From Bdellovibrionales bacterium (GTDB taxonomy: Bacteria; Bdellovibrionota; Bdellovibrionia; Bdellovibrionales; UBA1609): a stretch of 64,000 nucleotides of DNA. Shown here one piece after another: positions 58,539-64,000 of the stretch. The stretch is from positions 288,001 to 352,000 of the forward strand of contig CBDHDF010000002.1 in NCBI GenBank assembly GCA_965261545.1, given 5' to 3'. The stretch's first letter is position 1. The number at the start of each line of letters is the position of its first letter. The notes under the pieces are model-generated. The model was not told the origin of the DNA and did no database searches. It saw only the letters and a list, made by a program, of their open reading frames with translations. Made by a program: the position numbers and the translations under genes.

Positions 58539-59949
58539 CAATGCCGTTTCCTTAAGAAAAATCTCTTGAAATTATTAGATAAATCGACAAGAATAAGACT
58601 TGTTTTATTTTACACCCAACCCTCAACCAAGGAGTAAGTCACATGCAATCCAATATTGATCTCGAAAGCCCCCAAATGACGAGTTCGCGTCACAGATGAC
58701 CATTTTATTCTACCAAAACTTGATTCTTCCTTCAAGCCAGAGCACCTTGTCGATCCAGAAAAACAAAAAAGGAATCGAAAATTTAATCCTCAAATTTTCT
58801 TTTTTACCATTATCTATCTTATTTCCGGAACAAATTACGAAGGCTACCAAATCGCTCTTAAGACGGTATGGACTCATTTTGGTGACCTGCTTCTCATGCC
58901 AGTCAAAAGCAGTCTCAGCAAGATACGTCAAAGTATTTCTTACCTATTTTTTAAAAATATCTTTGAATCTCTGATTACAGACTACGAACCATTGAGAAAA
59001 ATGTTTCATGGTTTTTATATCTATGCCATAGATGGCGACCAATTAGCACTTCCTCGCTCTAAAGATCTTTTAAAGGAGGGTTATTGTGGGTACCCTTGCC
59101 CAAATGAGATGGAAACTCATTTCTTACGTATGTATCTATCTCATGCTTATGACGTTTTATCGGGTGTGACAAAGAATCTTTGCTTTTCTCCCGCTCTCAA
59201 CGAAATCGCCAATGCTATTCAAATGATAGGTAGTTTTGAGAGTAATAGCATAACTCTCTACGATAGGCTTTATTTATCTACAGAGATTATTAAGGCCCAT
59301 GCTCAAGCCAGTAACTTCTTTATTGCGCGTTGTAAGCGAGGCTCTACTTTTATCCCCATCGTAAATTTATTTAATGGCCCAGGTTGGTATTCACAAATGG
59401 TTATTGAGGGGGTGGTCATTCATCTCTATAAGTATAAAAACCCAAAGACTGGGGAGTTCTCTGTTTTGGCCACTAATCTTCCGCATGGCTCCTTGGACAA
59501 GAAGGATATGGTTGCTCTTTACTCTCGTCGTTGGGAAATAGAAACGACATTTCGTGATTTTACATCGACAATGAAAATGGAGCAGTGGCACTCAACAAGC
59601 CTTAATGGAATATTGCAAGAGCTGTATTCTTATTTTTGGCTCTTCAATTATACAAAGATTCAAATGAGCATAAATGAGGATGAAGACAGTGTGAATCAGT
59701 TGGTGAAAAATGACTACAAAAAACCTAACTTTAAACTGATTCTTGATTTCATAATGGATAGCATCCCCCTTTTTGTTGCGGGGCTCTATCAGAAATTTAG
59801 GAAGCAGATAAAGTTGCTGATGAAGATTTCAATGGAGAAGAGGAGGCACTTCAAAAGAAGCTATGAAAGGTCTATCAAAAGGGCTGGGAGTTCTTTTAAA
59901 AGAAATAGCTTAACGCAGAGGGGTGTGGTGGCTTAAGGAAACGGCATTG
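58539..59949 (+). mobile_element. IS4-family insertion sequence, copy 2, inserted in a MITE
   Basis: Same TIR as copy 1; 10-bp TSD ATTCAAGGGG; the empty site is visible in the paralogous unit at ~55194-55203. Confidence 0.92.
58896..59936 (+). CDS. IS4-family transposase (open frame extends upstream to ~58660)
   Basis: DDE motifs as in copy 1, without the internal stop. Confidence 0.85.
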   Translation: MPVKSSLSKIRQSISYLFFKNIFESLITDYEPLRKMFHGFYIYAIDGDQLALPRSKDLLKEGYCGYPCPNEMETHFLRMYLSHAYDVLSGVTKNLCFSPALNEIANAIQMIGSFESNSITLYDRLYLSTEIIKAHAQASNFFIARCKRGSTFIPIVNLFNGPGWYSQMVIEGVVIHLYKYKNPKTGEFSVLATNLPHGSLDKKDMVALYSRRWEIETTFRDFTSTMKMEQWHSTSLNGILQELYSYFWLFNYTKIQMSINEDEDSVNQLVKNDYKKPNFKLILDFIMDSIPLFVAGLYQKFRKQIKLLMKISMEKRRHFKRSYERSIKRAGSSFKRNSLTQRGVVA

Positions 59950-60100
59950 ATTCAAGGGGGCCGGGAGTTTACAGAGAGAGATTTATATTTTCTCTGGTAA
60001 GAAGGAGCAATTTACCTCTTGAACTCTGCGACCCCCTTGAATGTTGCTCATGAGCAGCTTGCCTTTTTGGGTTCGTCGTTGTGTCGGAAAAGAGTTGTTC

Positions 60101-61087
60101 TCAGGATTTTGTGTTTTTGACTTTTTTACGCAGCTTTTCCACGTCTTTGGAAGTGAGTCTAGTACATAGACAAATCGCTTCTACCTCAAAGCCATTTTGA
60201 ATCATTCGTAATGCCATCTCTTCACGACCCTCTTCACGACCCTCTTCACGACCCTTTTCACGACCCTCTTCACGACCCTTCTTAAGGCCCTTTTCCTCAG
60301 CTTCATCCAAAGAACATTGCAATGCTGACATAACTCTTTGATCCTCCTCGATACTTTCTTTTTCAATCTTACTGAGCACACTTAGCGTGAAATTTGAATC
60401 GTTTCGGTGGATATAATCCACCGCCTTTTGAATAAGGAACTTTTGATCCTTCTCACCCAAGTTTGTACCCATCTGAAACAACTCCACAATGGTCTCATGG
60501 CGAAGCTTCCAGATACTACTCATTATAAGAAAAATCGGCCTAGAAAGCAAATTCCTGCCAACTCCATGGTAAAGGTTTATATCATGGATATTCAACAACT
60601 TACAACGAAAATTGAGGATATTCTTCCCAAATTTTTGTCTTAAAACGGGAGTGAGCCCATCCAGAGAATCTTGAAAATTCAGGGGACCTCTCCAGTGTTT
60701 TTGTCGTCCGTGATAGACCAGTATGGGAATGACTGGGTAATTCCAACGATTGTAAACAAGAGTCTGGTACCTCAGAATCTGCTGGAGTACTTGAGAATCC
60801 TGATGACTTTTGTGTTCGAGCAGAAAAAAAAGACGCACTCGTTTTTTGGACCCCTTGACTTGAACTGAGAATAAAAGGTCAATACGCCGCTCATTGCCCT
60901 CTTCATCTGTAAAGACAGTTATTTCTGGTTTGAGAGTTTTCCAGTTAAAGAGCTTAAACTCCTGTGTCGTCAAGACAAGACGGAAAATGTCTAGGCAATA
61001 TCTCTCATTCAGGAAAGTTTCATTGAATAGAGCATTATGGGCCTGAGACTGTTGTTTTCTTTTTTCTGAGGTTTTCTTTGGCAACAA
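60101..61087 (-). CDS. Rpn-family nuclease, second locus, GREE/GREK repeats
   Basis: 328 aa. Confidence 0.9.
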   Translation of the reverse strand: MLPKKTSEKRKQQSQAHNALFNETFLNERYCLDIFRLVLTTQEFKLFNWKTLKPEITVFTDEEGNERRIDLLFSVQVKGSKKRVRLFFLLEHKSHQDSQVLQQILRYQTLVYNRWNYPVIPILVYHGRQKHWRGPLNFQDSLDGLTPVLRQKFGKNILNFRCKLLNIHDINLYHGVGRNLLSRPIFLIMSSIWKLRHETIVELFQMGTNLGEKDQKFLIQKAVDYIHRNDSNFTLSVLSKIEKESIEEDQRVMSALQCSLDEAEEKGLKKGREEGREKGREEGREEGREEMALRMIQNGFEVEAICLCTRLTSKDVEKLRKKVKNTKS

Positions 61088-61390
61088 TGTCAGTCTTTCA
61101 AGTGAAGAGGGTTTAAGATGGGGTGGTTTAAGAAGATTATGGACAAGTGTATGAGTATGAGCAAGTGAGCGGAGTTATCTGTTCATAAATCATCAAGACA
61201 AGATAAATGGGGGTGGGTTCTCCGGTCAAGTCAGATCAAGTCAGAAAGTGGATTGGGGATGGTACCTCTAGTGAAATTACATCCCATGATGACAGCGATA
61301 TCACTCATACCTAGCCGATTCAGGAGACCATACCGTCATTATTTGGGGGGAGCTTGAGGCTTGGTATTTCAACAACAACATAGAAAAAGT

Positions 61391-61481
61391 GTGAGTTCTG
61401 ACTGGATATAAAATTTACTTGCAAGGCACTGTCGAGGCTCATGCCCTTTTACCTATATTTTTATATTCAGTCAGAATTCAC
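61391..61481. mobile_element. 91-bp MITE, copy 2
   Basis: As 56623-56713, with two substitutions in the right TIR; same GAAAAAGT flanks. Confidence 0.8.
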
Positions 61482-62164
61482 GAAAAAGTTTCAGATTTGA
61501 ATTTTTACAAGATTTATAATTCCCGTGAGGTGGATGTGATTATCAAGATCAACTCCTCTTTCGTCCATGAGATTTTCCACCCCACTCTCAATAAAGAAGC
61601 TTATGGAGCCTTTTACAGTGAGGAGTCTGTGAATACAGCGATTTACTGAGCCCTTTATACAGGAGAGCGCTCCGCTTGAAGAGTTATGGGAACGACAAGG
61701 ACTATAAGAGCCAAAAGAACAGAAAGAAAAGACTGGAGGAGATTCTAAAAAAGGCGTCTTGTGATGAGAAAACAAAGTACCGCCATTTTCCATGTGCCTT
61801 CTTGGTCAAAAAATATAAGTCGGCCCTTAAGAATATAAATAGCTCTGTGGTCCGAAAGCGTCTGCAGTCTTATTCCATTTTGAGAGATGAGGGACTGATT
61901 CCCAAGGATATCAGCTTTATTCAAAAGGCCATGGAAAATTTGCCCCCCATTGAGAAGAAGAAAGCGGTTTTGCCCGTGGCCAATATGGTTGTCATGGAGC
62001 TTGTCAAAGAGGGGGAGTTTGACCTTGCCAAGACTTGGATCCACAAGCTTGAATCTGAGGGTTTTCTCACGCCCGATGAGTCCCAAGGAATCATCAAAGG
62101 ACTGGAGCAGAATATCCAAAAGATTCAAGAGGTTCGGGAGATGATGGCTGCTTCGCCCGTATGA
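61482..62164 (+). pseudogene. Frameshifted duplicate of the spermidine-synthase-like 3' domain
   Basis: 1-bp deletion near 61640 relative to 56714-57397. Confidence 0.8.
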
Positions 62165-62548
62165 TAACCCTTCTTGGGGTGTAATTCATGGGGGCGCCTT
62201 GCTCCTTGCTCCCCACCCACGCCCATGAATGTTACCTTGGGGCATTGGGGACTTCGGGGGTGGCCCATTCAATCGAAATAGACAGAGAAAGTCATGTAGG
62301 GGGCCATACACCTTCTTGGCTGATTGGCTCATTCAGTTTTACAATCTGATCCCTTCAAAAGATACACACACCTCCTTAGGAATTTGCGGAGATGGTGGGA
62401 GTGGTGGGTATGGGAGCGATTCTTGCATATGTGCTTGTGAGGAGATATAAGTTTTATTGAGGCCCTAAAATGGCCGATTTTAATCCATTCACCCGTTCAT
62501 TTGATCATTTGATCATTCGAATGAAGGCGATGAATGAAGGAGGCGTCA

Positions 62549-63385
62549 ATGTCAGATAGTGCTAAGAAAGTAGGTCCTGAAGTTGTGTGGAAGCTTATGG
62601 AGAAGGTCGCAAAATCCCAAGAAGAGACAGACCGTCATTTTAAAGAGATGTCCAAGGAGGCTGATCTCCAAAGGAAGGAGACAGACCATCACTTCAAAAA
62701 GATGTCCAAGGAGGCCGATCTCCAAAGGAAGGAGACAGACCATCACTTCAAAAAGATGTCCAAGGAGGCCGATCTCCAAAGGAAGGAGACAGACCGTCAT
62801 TTTAAAGAGATGTCCAAGGAGGCCGAACTTCAAAGGGAGGAAGCCAAACTTCAAAGGGAGAAGGCCGACCTTGAAAGGAAGGAGACAGATCGTTATTTGA
62901 AAGAAATATCCAAAAAGGCAGATATTCGCCATGCCCACTTGGAAAAAAGAACAAGAGAACTCAACGAATTGTTTACGGGACAATGGGGAAAACTGATAGA
63001 AAGCCTTGTTAAAGGTGACTTGGTAAGACTTCTCAATGAAAGAAATATCCAAGTGATGGGGCTTGCCCAGGAAAATTTTCGTAGGCGGAATGGAGAAGAA
63101 TACGAGGTTGATATCATTGCAGTCAATGGGCGGGAGGTTGTTGTTGTGGAAGTAAAAACCACTTTAAAAAATCATCACCTTGACCATTTTATAGAAAAGC
63201 TCGGCATGTTTAAAGATATTTTTCCAGAGTACAAAGACAAGATAATTTACGGTGCCATAGCTTATTTGAAGGCCAATGAAGGGGCTCATAACAAGGCTGA
63301 AAAAAAAGGTCTTTTTGTAATCCGAGCTACCGGCAATAGTGCCACCATCACCAATCAAAAAGAATTTTCTCCGAAGGTGTTCTAG
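62549..63385 (+). CDS. DUF3782-like nuclease, copy 3 (longest coil, diverged C-terminus)
   Basis: Same motifs; ANEGAHNKAEKK vs ADEGSHHRAEKE in copies 1-2. Confidence 0.8.
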   Translation: MSDSAKKVGPEVVWKLMEKVAKSQEETDRHFKEMSKEADLQRKETDHHFKKMSKEADLQRKETDHHFKKMSKEADLQRKETDRHFKEMSKEAELQREEAKLQREKADLERKETDRYLKEISKKADIRHAHLEKRTRELNELFTGQWGKLIESLVKGDLVRLLNERNIQVMGLAQENFRRRNGEEYEVDIIAVNGREVVVVEVKTTLKNHHLDHFIEKLGMFKDIFPEYKDKIIYGAIAYLKANEGAHNKAEKKGLFVIRATGNSATITNQKEFSPKVF

Positions 63386-63748
63386 GCAAAAAGGACTTTG
63401 ATACCTCGTTAAAGAAGCTTATGGAGCCTTTTACAGTGACGAGTCTGTAGATACAGCGAGTCTACTGAGCCCTTTGTACAGGAGAGTGCTCAACTTGAAG
63501 AGTTATGGGAACGACAAAGACTATAAAAGCCAAAAAAAAAGAAAGAAGAGGCTGGAGGAGATTCTTAAAAAGCGTCTTGTATTGGCTTTTTTGTAAACCT
63601 TGGTGTTTTTGAATGCTTTGTGGGCATAGAAGATGAGGTTAAAATGAAGATAATGGACTTATTTTTGCATGTGCCTTTGTTGTGTGATATTTGTGAAATG
63701 AAACCAATGGGTGAAGTCAAGTGAAGCCAATGAATGATGGAGGTATCA

Positions 63749-64000
63749 ATGTCAGATAGTGCTAAGAAAGTAGGTCCTGAAGTTGTGTGGAAGCTTATGG
63801 AGAAGGTAGCAAAATCCCAAGAAGAGACAAGTCTCCAACAGAAGGAGACAGACCGTCATTTCAAAGAGATGTCCAAGGAGGCTGATCTCCAACGGAAGGA
63901 GACAGACCATCACTTCAAAAAGATGTCCAAGGAGGCCGAACTTCAAAGGGAGGAAGCCAAACTTCAAAGGGAGAAGGCCGACCTTGAAAGGAAGGAGACA
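63749..64000 (+). CDS. DUF3782-like nuclease, copy 4, 3'-partial
   Basis: GGAGG RBS and MSDSAKKVGPEVVWKLMEKVAKSQEETSLQQKETDRHF...; runs off the window. Confidence 0.75.
   Translation, partial: MSDSAKKVGPEVVWKLMEKVAKSQEETSLQQKETDRHFKEMSKEADLQRKETDHHFKKMSKEAELQREEAKLQREKADLERKET

Larger units (their letters stand above)
54018..64000. repeat. Second tandem array: [3' fragment of the spermidine-synthase-like gene - DUF3782-like nuclease - MITE - convergent Rpn - spacer], about 2 full units plus partial units
   Basis: Near-identical blocks at ~54090-56713, 56714-61481 (with IS4) and 61482-63385, plus a diverged fourth start from 63408. Confidence 0.85.

Overview
A 64-kb, mobile-element-rich accessory region. 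The type IVa pilin and the giant RCC1/PKD and Rhs surface proteins suggest a Bdellovibrionota/deltaproteobacterial-type genome, but that is inference. From left to right: (1) the 5' part of an exported protein with acidic repeats that the ORF track missed; (2) a transposase-free cassette with 28-bp TIRs and an 8-bp TSD, carrying a Panacea/SocA antitoxin and a membrane partner; (3) two nested insertions, IS200 < ORF-less group II intron < IS4, and LTA-synthase-family pseudogene < IS1634 < IS256; (4) a 7-copy tandem amplification (10469-25240) of an Rpn/YhgA-like PD-(D/E)XK nuclease plus a Uma2 fragment, where each Rpn copy has a different number of 12-bp GIEK repeats (10, 11, 9, 6, 7, 3, 8) inside a predicted internally translated C-terminal antitoxin, and unit 5 carries an IS66 with two 'left' ends; (5) a giant RCC1/PKD gene and an Rhs/PKD gene in an operon; (6) pilA next to a glycosylation/SAM-enzyme island; (7) a second tandem array pairing Rpn with DUF3782-like nucleases whose coiled-coil modules and upstream 8-bp repeat also vary in number between copies. 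The best candidate for a novel system is these repeat-length-diversified nuclease/antitoxin 'accordion' arrays. No rRNA, tRNA or CRISPR was seen. All family calls come from motif recognition, not database searches.
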